This document shows positions 1 to 10,953 of a stretch of DNA of 64,000 nt, in pieces. Each line of letters starts with the position of its first letter. Position 1 is the first letter of the stretch. A program made the translations under genes and the position numbers. The notes beneath the pieces are model-generated. The model did no database searches. It was not told the DNA's origin and saw nothing but the letters and a program-made list of their open reading frames with translations. This stretch comes from Psilocybe cubensis (taxonomy: Eukaryota): positions 1,240,001 through 1,304,000 of the forward strand of contig CM038998.1 of the NCBI GenBank assembly GCA_017499595.2, read 5' to 3'.

Positions 1-566
1 CAAGAACGTAGCCAGAGAGTTGGCGTCCCTCGCTTTCTGATCCTGCTCCTTCGAACTTCGGGAGAAAATGCTGGGTACCCCAATATGTTTGTGTTCATGA
101 GCAAATATGATTGCGTCTAGTCTCTGCTCCTTTTCGGTCAGGAACTTGGTACAAAATGCCCTTATGGAGGCGGGGGATGTTAGGTCGCATTCGTCCGCGT
201 ATATCTCTTCGTTAGAGGTAGTAGTCCGTAAGAGATCAACCAAAATAGTGATATTTTCAGAATCTATAGGATCTGGAGAAAGTGCGATTATATGTGCGCC
301 TCGTTGAGCCAATGATTGAATAAGTGTTAGTCCCAGCGGCGTGAAACCTCCCTAGAAGTTGTTGGTTGTCAGTCCTTCATGAAATAGAACCACAGACTTA
401 CCGTCAATAAGATGGTTCTGTTGTGTAGATCTCGTTCTCGAGTCGTTCGTCGGCCCTGCGAGAAAACCCTGAGGGCGAGTATGCTGACAATGCCAATAGC
501 AATGTGCACGGTATACTGTGTTGGGAAATAGGTGTATACCAATGCCTCTAAAACGCCTAATACCAT
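1..566 (-). CDS. Short-chain dehydrogenase/reductase with N-terminal membrane anchor (yeast Pbr1/YNL181W-like); 3' end runs off the window
   Basis: ATG at 566 gives MVLGVLEALVYTYFPTQYTVHIAIGIVSILALRVFSQGRRTTRERDLHNRTILLT. After a GT-AG intron (~352-401) it continues GGFTPLGLTLIQSLAQRGAHIIAL...ECDLTSPASIRAFC...RLDAIIF, an SDR Rossmann start (TGxxxxG variant, CDL, LD). Confidence 0.75.
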
Positions 567-1061
567 GGTTATACTGCGTATCACTGGAGCATAGGTTCAC
601 GTTGCGGTGCAAAGGAGCGTAGATGGTGACTGTTCGAGAATACGTGTTGTACCTCGGACTTCCCATTGATTGAGCCTCCGGTAGCCGTTCTCACCGTCTC
701 ACTCATATATTTTGCTTCTTCACTAGTTGTTATAGGCATGTAAATGAATGAAGTTTATTTGAAGTACAAATTTGTTTGATAAATTTTTGAGCATTCTTGG
801 GATGGTTGTAGTAAGTGAGAAATGGTCGCGAATGGCCCGCGGGCCAGGAACGCGCCTCTCTTTCGATCCCCGAAAATTTGTCCAACAAGCCGCGCCTTGG
901 AGATTCGTTCCTCCTTCTTCCACCGCGCACTCACCCAGCAGACAACCCGTTGGCGGCCATATAGTCGCCCCTAGTGCCTACAAGGTTTCTTTTAGAACCT
1001 TAGGCGTACAAATACTCACGGACCGATTCTGAACTCTCTGCGTGTATCTGCTGCGTCACAT

Positions 1062-3737
1062 ATGGACACTCCTTCGTCATCAACCGTCAGCGCACCAGGG
1101 CGCCAGAAACGCGTCCTACCTTCAAGATCCAGGCGAGGAGGACCAGGTGTGGGGAACTGTGACTCAGACGTACTGATATTGGAGACTTACAAACGTCAAT
1201 GTGAGTTTCATCATCCTTTTGATTCTAGACAACCTTTTTATTTGGCTTGCACAGACGAAATCGAGCCCCTCATCCCACTGAGCACCCCATTCCTACTTTC
1301 TACCAAAGCCGACGCCGCTAAGAATACTGAATCTGCTAATGAGGCTGGGATCCACATCAATGTTGTCGCAAATGAACGGTATTTCGCGCGCCCGGAAGTC
1401 CTGAAAGCCTTCCGCGAGCAGCAACTCATACAAACCCCCGAATACGAGAGTATTGGAGAGTCTTCCTACGTTGGAACACGTACAAGACCGAGACCTGAAG
1501 ATGTATGGACTCGCAAATCTCAATCTGGCGTTTTCACTAATCAATGCTGCACCTCACTTTCCTCCTTGTAGGCCACAGTCGATACTTCTGATGCTGCCTA
1601 TGAAAAACGCCATAGGAAGTTTGAGACGCTTGAAAAGCGCCAGCGCTTACGCGAGAAGGAGAAACTCAAACATGAGCATTACAAATTGAAAGAAAGGATC
1701 GAGCAACTCAGGGCTATGGACAGCGCTGCTTTCATGACACTTCCGGCTTCTTCATTCTCACCGGCACCCCCACAAGCAACTGCCGAGTTGGACGATCTTA
1801 TTACCTCTGGCAGTCCATATGCGCAAATCAATGGCGTCGTATCCAACTCCGAAGGGGAAAGACGCAGAAAAGAAATGCTTGAAACTGCTTACAAGCTTGA
1901 AAAGCGATATGCTTATCTACTTCCTCCCGACCGTGTTCGAAAAACAGCTGATACACCAAACGAGTCTGGCGCAAAACTTCCTTCAGATATACGTGATGGG
2001 GAAGAATCAGATACCGAAAAGATACCCTCAAATGCCTCGTCGAGAAGGGAAGAAAGTATGAAACTTCGCATCCCTGCGAGGTCGAGTGCATCAACTACTC
2101 CTGCCCCTTCTCCAAAGCCAGTCGCACCAAAAAAACCAAGAGCAAGCGCAGTTGTTCCCAAGCAACCAAATTCTCGTTTAGTGAGAGGAAGTGTCACCAC
2201 CCCTGCCCCTCAAGAGCAAGAAACTCCGCCACCCGCTCAATATAACGATGTCGAGATGAATGAACCTGACAACGTACGCCCTTTAACTCCTGCCCCTCCT
2301 AGTTCATTCGACTATGATCATCTGCCGAACACCCCACTGTCTAACGTTCGTGGTGCCTCAAATACAGCCGAACCAGAAGTCCATGACCATATGCAAAATG
2401 GAAATGAACAAGATCACCGGTCTGTCCCTCCACAGGTTGTATCGCCCATTCTACCCTCAGCCAAACCTTTCATTCCGTCCGGAGGGCAAGATGTCGATAT
2501 GGCCGATGATGGCGAATCGGAGAAGGCCCCCTCCGAGGATGAGGCAACAGAAGAAACAGAACATGTTCTAGAGCAGCAGGTACCACCTGAGCCAGAACAT
2601 GCACCTGAGCCACAAGATGAGCAGGAGCCACCAGCTGAACCTGAACCAGAGCTTCAACCAGAGCCTCGGTCAGAGCTTGAAGCTGAATTTCAACCCGAGC
2701 CTCAAGTGGAGCCACGTCCAGAGCCTGAACCAGAGCCAATTCTGCCTGCGCCTAAGAAAAAGCGAGGCCGCAAAAAGAAAGTCGTTCTTGAGCAGCTACC
2801 AGCGCAACAACAAATCGAATCCCAGGAGGTCCGAGACCTGTCCACAATGTTGCAAAATGCTACAGTCGCAGAACCATCTCAAGTTCCTGCGGATGCATCG
2901 AAGCAGCAGGAGACTTTCCCACAACCTGTGCCTGAAATGGAGTCGATTTCAACCACGTCGAAGCGGCCGTACAAACGCAAAAAGCTGTCAGCAGTCGCCG
3001 TAGAGCCATCCGCTCGTACACCTTCTGCTCAACCTGCTGAAACCGCCTCTACAGCCGGCCCTCGCAAGTATCTCGGAGCAAGAGGGAAACCTTATACGAC
3101 TTACACCAACTCGGCAGGCGAGAAGGAGACAACTTTTTGTCTTCTTCTCATGGCTGCTATTCGGAAAGGAACACGGACCACCGACTCAGTGAGGCATACC
3201 ACATCATTCGGAATCGAGACCCCAAAATTCACGCAGATAGATTTTGAGATCCCCGAGTGGATTCACTTCCCTGAAAGTGAACCAGGCACTCCTCGCGTTG
3301 CTCAACCTGATCCTCATCGGGAACCCACAGAGTTTTCCCTAAACAACTCTGCTCTGCCTATCGATAATGCAACACAAGCTGATGGGAACCACGAAGGCAT
3401 GCCAATGGACGTCGATACAGCCGAACCTGTCGCACCAAAACCAACTGAACAGGAATATAATGAGCCCTTTCAAGAGCGAGGAGATAAACAGGTGGATGTG
3501 CCTGATGAACATTCCATGGAGGAGGCAAACACCCTCGAGAGAAGTGACGATGCCGTTCAGGCTGATGCGCCCACTGTGGCTCCAGAACTCGAACACAAAG
3601 ACGTGCTTCCAGACGACGAGAACGATACGACTACTCCAGCACCAGAGGATATGGAATCCGAAACTGATTCTCGCATCAGGCCTAGGATATTATCCCGACC
3701 TGTAGACGACGACGAAGATGAACTACTCGAATGGTGA
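1062..3737 (+). CDS. Nuclear low-complexity protein with a PEHE/Sas4-like motif (possible MYST acetyltransferase partner)
   Basis: Exons 1062-1200, 1255-1502 and 1572-3737 with GT-AG introns join in frame. Motif DTSDAAYEKRHRKFETLEKRQRLREKEKLKHEHYKLKERIEQL, an NLS-like PKKKRGRKKK, and a long P/E-rich disordered tail. Confidence 0.65.
2575..2740 (+). repeat. Coding low-complexity PE/EPE repeat (gagcca/gaacca units)
   Basis: Encodes PPEPEHAPEPQDEQEPPAEPEPELQPEPRSELEAEFQPEPQVEPRPEPEPEP. Confidence 0.8.
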
Positions 3738-3951
3738 TGTGTTATTTCTAGTATGTATCGCCTCTTTACAGATCATTATGAACACTTTCTTGGTTCTTTA
3801 AACCAATACAATACCTATTTCTTCGTGGCTTAATGGGCATTATCGTCCACCTTTAGTTTATGAAAATATGTATATTTCTCTTCTTTTTTGCGATCGGGAT
3901 CTGTACGTTTATTAAGGTTGCCGGCTGTAAGCTATATTACATACAACCTGC

Positions 3952-5502
3952 TTAAGAATTTGCTTGTATGCCAGCTGAACGGGGGCGAGTAGCAGCCGCA
4001 ATCAAATCGAGAGCTACCTTGCGCCTGGGGACATCGATCTCCGAGTGATGTGCAAGAGCCAGATTGGCAATATCTACAGCAGAAAGTTCGCGAGCGGGAA
4101 CGGAGAAGAGGGCTGCTGTTGAATCTGGCACGTATATGGAGTAGTTCTCTTTTATAAGGCCAGCCTTTCGAAGGCCGACCTTTTTGAATCCTGCGCTTCT
4201 AAAGGCAGAGGTGCCTTTGAAAATGTCGGTGAGCGTGGCCGAGATAGATTCGGGTTCCTCAGTGTAGGCAGGATCTACGTTCACCACATCTTCCGAAATG
4301 GACATCTCGCCCAAGTTCACCTCTGCACTAAAGTCCACTTCTGCTCCATCCTCGAGGGGTTGCATCGAGGTGCTGTCTGTTTCTCGTTTAGTCAACCTTG
4401 TATTCGGGCCCCTTCGAGCTTGTCTTCTGCCATTGGCCTCAGACTCTTGCTCGCGGTCAAGGCGCGCTTGTCGCCGTTGCTCAATATTGACCTGGATTGC
4501 TTCCTTTGTGACGAATTTTTGCTTGATGACAATTCCGGAATTCTTAAATTTTGTGGCCTCGCCCTCGTCGACAAGTCCGTCGCGAATACGTTTCTCCAAC
4601 TTTTTGGCTTGGGAAGTAGCGATGCGGCCTCGACGGCTGCTACGATCATCAGCACGCTCTAAGTCATTAGTACGGATGGTTGCCCGAGTTATATCATCTA
4701 AAGTCAGCTGGTCTGTAACCGCTGGTTGTTCCCCGTCATCCTGGACATCCTCTACAGGTGCCTCATGTGAAGCATTTTCAATGGTTGAGTCAGAAATGAC
4801 AGGATGTACAGATACTTGGGGACGCTCCCGTACTCGTTCAACGTTGCCAGAACGTCGTGGAGCGTTATCGACACGGGGTACATCTTGGCGCGAAGGTCGT
4901 GCATTCCTGGTTCGTGGAGCATTGTCGGAAGGAGGCCGAACATTGCCCATACGCAGGGATTGTGTTCGTGGCAATACGGTTGGGGTAGATTGATAATTTG
5001 CTGCCACAGTCTCCAAAGAATTTTTGAGTGCCGCGTTAGGTGTGTAAAGGCGCATAGCTCTCTCTGCTTCCGCCTTTTCTCTTGCCAGACGAATCTCCCG
5101 TCGCTTTTGAATCATTTCCTCCATGGCTTCAGGTGAGATAGGTTCAACTTTTGCCGGTGGTGGGGATGCGGGAGCAGCATCCTTGCGACGCGCGAGACGG
5201 GCAGCCAAGCTGTGATTCGAGGCGTTCTTCAGATAGCTCAAATCGGTTTTCGATTCCTCGAGTTTACGGATCTGCTCCTTCTCCTTCTCCTGAATTTCCG
5301 AGCGACTTGCTAATAGCACAATGATTATACACGTTGGTAAGCATATTAATTGAAAAAGTTTGAACTTACGAATGACGATGCCTCCCCATTCTGTAACCAG
5401 CTGCCTGGGCTGGGAAGACTTGTCAGGCTTGTTGGTAGAGTAGCGACAAAACCTCGACACCGAAGAGACTAGCCCAGGTCGGGAAGTCCCTACGCGCTGC
5501 AT
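3952..5502 (-). CDS. Hypothetical protein, probably mitochondrial (Arg/Ser-rich presequence-like N-terminus)
   Basis: About 500-codon ORF with an in-frame 60-nt GT-AG intron at 5310-5369. The N-terminus MQRVGTSRPGLVSSVSRFCRYST lacks acidic residues. The start codon is uncertain. Confidence 0.6.
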   Translation of the reverse strand: MQRVGTSRPGLVSSVSRFCRYSTNKPDKSSQPRQLVTEWGGIVIRKFKLFQLICLPTCIIIVLLASRSEIQEKEKEQIRKLEESKTDLSYLKNASNHSLAARLARRKDAAPASPPPAKVEPISPEAMEEMIQKRREIRLAREKAEAERAMRLYTPNAALKNSLETVAANYQSTPTVLPRTQSLRMGNVRPPSDNAPRTRNARPSRQDVPRVDNAPRRSGNVERVRERPQVSVHPVISDSTIENASHEAPVEDVQDDGEQPAVTDQLTLDDITRATIRTNDLERADDRSSRRGRIATSQAKKLEKRIRDGLVDEGEATKFKNSGIVIKQKFVTKEAIQVNIEQRRQARLDREQESEANGRRQARRGPNTRLTKRETDSTSMQPLEDGAEVDFSAEVNLGEMSISEDVVNVDPAYTEEPESISATLTDIFKGTSAFRSAGFKKVGLRKAGLIKENYSIYVPDSTAALFSVPARELSAVDIANLALAHHSEIDVPRRKVALDLIAAATRPRSAGIQANS

Positions 5503-6472
5503 TGCTCGACGCACAGTTACTTATAGTTGTTTTGTCAACACCGCCTGACCAGTGGCCGGAGAAAGAATTCCGAAAGTTGTTGTGTTTGGTCCTGTAACTT
5601 TCGGGGGTTACAGGCCCCATTAGTGATTTCAGCAACCCTCCACTGCGTCATTAACAAGTATAATCCATATCATAATCACCGCTCACTCAAGCAAGTTCTT
5701 TTGTTCGATACAAAAACATGGGATGGCATCATTGACACAAAGGGTATACTGCACAAAAACTACTTAACACAAGACACCAAAAAGGTCCAGACTCGGAGAC
5801 ACCAATTTCGTATTCGACGAGAAAACTTCTCGGGTGGTGGTCGCTGGAAGAAACATAACTTTGACAACAAAACAAAAGGATGAAGGCTGTTGATAGTATG
5901 TAGAGTGCTAAAATCATCGATCAATAAAGACCAGATTCTAGATTTTAAGACAAAACTTCGTGATTATGAGGAATGTGGTCGAGGAGCAAGTGGGAAGGTA
6001 GAAGAAATCACAAAAAAAAACCCGGGCTAAGGAATAGAAGCATTACAGGTTCAATGATTTAGGAATATAATAGGCAATAAAAACCACTCTCAAACCACTG
6101 AAAAGAAGAAAACACAGGTTCCACCAATCAGATACAGGGAAGAAAGGTTTGAAGAAATGGAAGGAGATACAGGTTTCGGAACACAGTATCACGAAGAACA
6201 AACAGAGCATTGAAGTCATAACCATAGCAAATCTAGGAAGTGATGTTGCCACATGCGACTGCCTATGAATGATTCGTGATGAAGTGTGGTACGGAAAACG
6301 GCACACTGGTGAAAATCCAAGAATTTTCAGGGAGAAAGGGATTGGGGTATCATCTTCAAAAGAAGAGAAAAAATCAAAAAAGAGCATCGAGCTTTCCAGA
6401 AAATGTAGACAATAGTTTATCTTCCTTCCCTTCGTCCTTGCCACATAGGTGCGACCGAAGCCAGTCATCGAC

Positions 6473-8388
6473 TTATATCCCGCCATAAATATCATCCTGA
6501 TCGTACAGTGAATAGGTGGAGCGAGTAGATGTGCGTTTCTGAGCAGTCGAAGCCGCAGGCGCGGGATTAGACGTTGCTGTAGTTACACCAGCGGCTGCCG
6601 CCGAAGTTGACGGAGTGGACAGCTGCGCGGTGGATGATTCGGCAGGGGGGTTCATGACTACAGGTCTCATCTTGACATCCCTGTACTTATTCGATTCTCC
6701 TGTCTCATCAACATATGCAGGGGGCGCGCCGCTGGATTGAGTGTCTTGGCGTCTCAAGCCAGAACCAGATGCACCTTCCAAAACATCATCAGGGGCAGAA
6801 GCTAGATGTAAATTCTGCTTGCCAGTTGATGGCGTTGTTGAAACAGAGGAAGCGGATTGCGCGACAGCAGGTTGAACAAAGGAATTGGCCAAGGAAGGAT
6901 TGTTCGACATTTGAGGGACAGTATGTCCGGTACCATAGCCAGCGTGATAAGGTTGAGGATCATGATGTCCAGCGCCATAGCCAGCTGGGTAAGATTGAGG
7001 ACCAGGTCCATACTGTACTGGGTGCGGATGTTGTTGTTGATACCCAGCAAACTGGTAATTTTGCTGCTGACGCTGTTGATAATATTGCATTTGTTGGTAT
7101 CTGGTATCCTGTCCATATGGCGCATAAGCCCCAGGTGCATACGTTCCGGGGACAGGAGGTGCGCCGTATCCAGCTTGATCATAATGGGCTCCAAAAGCAC
7201 CAGGCGGAGGTGGTCCATTATACATGCCACCAGCTGACGGGGGAGGTGCAGGTGAAGGTAGATTGCCGAAATGAGCACCAGCAGTGCCATACTGAGCATA
7301 GTGTTGCTGATTATGTCCATTGTCACTTCCATTACCACCGTATAAAGATGGCGGCACAGAGGGTGATGGTGGTATAGCACGATCAGAATACGGATATGCC
7401 ATTGATGGCGGTGGAGGCAAACTATTGGTGACCACAGAGGGAGTTCCTTGGACGTTGCGACGCTCAATCATTGAAGGCGGTCGAGGACGGACGTCGGGCT
7501 TCTTCTCTTCAAGCAAAACTGCAGAGCGGCGGAATTCAGATGCATTGAAAATTTCATCACCCCTTCGTTTGGTGCGTAGCCTGCGCAAGAAAAATGATAT
7601 CACAGCACCAAGAACCATCAAGGCTGCGATAGAACCGGCTATAATCCCGATAATGGTTCCGGTTTGTAGGCCCGAGGTCGTGGCGGAAGTATTGTTGTCA
7701 TTTGCAGAACCCAAGCTAGCACTACTACCAGGGGCGCTGGCGGTAGAGCTCGTACTGAGCGACGTTAAAGCACGATCTATGGAAGAAGTGTTGATGGTTG
7801 AAGACTATATCCAGTAGGTCAATATCTTGAGAAGACGACAACCAGGGTTCATATACATACAGTAGTAGAGGACGAACTAGTGGTCGAGCTTGAGCTCGTT
7901 GAAGAGATAGAGGTGGAAGAGGTGGAAGAAGCCGATGTGCTCGATGTGGCCGAAACGGATGTCGATCTCGCACTAGTTGATGATATAGATGTGGTCCTAG
8001 CAGGCGTTGTTGTGACCTTAGCCGTGGTCCTGGCTGTAGTTGACGCAGTTGTTGAAGCTACAATACGAATAACCACGCGCAGTTAGCTATATTGTCTCAA
8101 AGAACGCATTTTATCAATAGGCGTACTGCTCGGTTTCAGTGTTTCTGAGGAAGTTGGCCTCTGACGCGCGACAAGTTCCCTAACGACGATCTCGCCAGGG
8201 GAGTCAGCCTCAACACGGTCAGCCATCTTTCCCTTTCTGCCCTCTCCGATGCCTTCACCTGGAACTTCACGTTTACAAACCGCGTTGTCCTTAAGGCAGT
8301 CCTCGGTATCTAGTTCATCGCGCAGGGTGACCTTCTGCCTGCGATGTTCCTCAAGCGTTCTGTGTCGTACGTTTTGCAGGAGCGTCAT
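6473..8388 (-). CDS. Single-pass membrane protein with Ser/Thr-rich ectodomain and Pro/Tyr/Gln-rich tail (Mid2/Wsc-like architecture)
   Basis: Predicted introns at 8058-8126 and 7805-7860. S/T-rich segment, then TM GTIIGIIAGSIAALMVLGAVISFFL followed by basic RRLRTKRR. PPAY motif in the tail. Confidence 0.7.
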
Positions 8389-8726
8389 GTTCTACGAAAG
8401 CTGGACGTGGAATTGTTAAAAAAGCAAGAAAAGGATAGCTTGACAAATGTCGAATAATATCACAAATGTTGAAACAAGTGTAAAGTTCAGGTTCTGGCGT
8501 TAGCTGAAAGAGTGGAAGGTTCCGAAAAAAGACCGTGTTTTGGTGGGTGCAGAGAGTGGACTTAATAAACTGGCAGCCGTTGCCAGAGCTGTAGAAGGCG
8601 TATCCCAAGGGGAGAGGAGGGTAGGAAGGGTGAGAGAGCCAGCGAGCAAGGGGAGGCAAGAGGGGAGAAAGAAAGGAAGAAGGGTGGGAAAATCCTGGTA
8701 ACCACCACTTGTCCTCTAATTGCTTC

Positions 8727-10664
8727 ATGCATCCGTTCCTGGGACGTCTTATCGTCAATTTTGTACTCTGTCTTATTTCTTTCATTGCATATTCCTCACA
8801 AATATTTATTATATGGCCATGGTATGGTCGTGTAGTCTCTGTTGAGCTCATCACTCTTTTGCTTCCGTTCAAGTATGTCGTAAATCATTTCCTGAGGTCG
8901 TCTCTCAAATATTTTACAGTATTCTGGTTGGCCTTTTACTCTGGAATTATTTCCTATGTGTTTTCACCGACCCTGGGCGAGTTCCAGCTGGATGGGTAAG
9001 TGTTTCACGACGTAGTGTTCAATGCTTAAACTAAGACTATTCAAAAGAAACCTGACACGACTCTGGATGGCTACGAGGTCAAGAAAGTGACTGGGACACC
9101 TCGCTATTGTCGCATGTGCGAAAATTACAAACCTCCACGAGCCCACCATTGCCGACAGTGTAACCGGTGAGCCCAGCTCGATTAATCACATCCTTTATTC
9201 CAATTGCGTTGCTCATGCGGTCTTTATTGTGCAGATGTGTGTTGAGGATGGGTACGCGGCTAATCGGCTTGCCATCTGTCAGAGGTTGACGTTTATGAGA
9301 AATTTCAGACCATCATTGTCCATGGATAAACAACTGCGTTGGTCATTATAACTACGCACATTTTCTGCGATTCCTGTTCTTTGTCGATGTCGCGTGCTCT
9401 TACCACATTACAATGGTCACGAAGCGAGTGCTTTATTCGACAGGAGGAACTTATTGGGTAAGACAATCGTTGCCATTATTCAAATCACGATCTGACATGT
9501 TATAGGATAATCCATCAGCATTGGAACTCATCATGATAGTGATGAACTATGTTGCTTGTATACCTGTACTTCTCGCTGTTGGAGGATTCAGGTAAGTTAT
9601 TTTGGACTCTGAGGTTGCTATTTTAACTTTTTGTTAGTATATACCATTTCTTCTCTTTGATTAGAAATACTACAACGATTGAAGGTTGGGAAAAGGATAA
9701 AATATCAATTATGGTAAAACGAGGAAAAACTCGTGAGGTATGTTTATCAATAAATCAACGCGAACCGTTCCTTCAGTCCTCAAACTCTTTTTCAGGTCAA
9801 ATTTCCATATGTGTGTATACGGATGATGAGACAAATGTAATGGCACCATAACAACCACTTTTACAGGATCTTGGTATGCGACGCAACGTAGAATCTGTTC
9901 TAGGCCGCAATCCTTTATTATGGTGTTGTCCAATCCGACCCCCGGGCTCGGGTCTCAAATTTCAATTATCTGATTCGGATGGTGAGTTGGTGCCTATGTC
10001 CTCCTTTCACTCCAGCACTGGCCACGACAAGGATGCCGAGCACCTAGCATGACGGCCATTGTAAGTGCGTACGTCACTAGGAGCTTTGTACGAACTCACC
10101 ATGAGTAAATCCAGTTCCTTTCCCTGTTTGCGCTTTGTCCAGCATTATCTGACCTGATATTGATTTCTAGGAGCCCCGTGGCCTCCTAAGGAAGATAAAA
10201 CAAAAACCTGGTCAGCATCTGAATCTTCTGAAGATGCCATCGATATGTCGCCAAGTGCATCTCCCTGGACTTACAAAAATGGATCTGTAAATCCCGCACT
10301 GAGCGCGTCTAATTCCCAAATGCGCACGCGGAGACGTCGGACGCCCAAACGAAACATACCGGGAACATCCTCCTTACCTCCATACCATCCTAACTATAAA
10401 GAGGAAGAAGAATATCACGATTACTATACTACCAGCTCGGAGGAGGAAGAGATATCCAACTCGGTCCCAGGCAATGTCCGCGTTCGAAGAGGATCAGAGG
10501 GTTATGAGGTTCTACCATCAGGACGCGAAGACATGCTCAGGCGATACTTGACAGAGATTGGCGAGGAGCCTGGTCGATACATTCGTTATATTCCCCAACC
10601 AGACGAAACCGACTCCGATGATGATAAACCACTTATATACACCATGGCCAATGGTGAACAGTAG
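8727..10664 (+). CDS. PFA4: DHHC palmitoyltransferase, Pfa4-like
   Basis: The spliced product contains [50 protein letters not shown] and NTTTIEGWE (TTxE motif). N-terminal [19 protein letters not shown] is typical of Pfa4. Multiple GT-AG introns. Confidence 0.9.
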
Positions 10665-10953
10665 CACTTTGATTCAAAATATTGGTCCGTGTCGAGGACA
10701 TTAGTGTATATTATGATTAGTTATAATACCATTGATAAAACAGTTTTGAATTGAAGATAAGACGATGATCAAGTAGCAGGTTCAGAACGATGAGATGGTA
10801 AGTGGTATATATGTGCAAAATAGGTTCTATGTGATATGGATACAATGAAGGTTGATATATGGTGATACAATAGAAAGAATGAGACAGCAAGGAATAAAAA
10901 TAGTGGAAATATGGCAACAACGACAAGATAATAATCAGTAAATATACACAAAA

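Noticed and set aside
4298-4993. 231-aa plus-strand ORF
   Set aside because: Antisense shadow of the 3952-5502 gene, with no recognisable motifs.
6715-7817. Several plus-strand ORFs of 126-220 aa
   Set aside because: Antisense to the Mid2-like gene and explained by its low-complexity codons.
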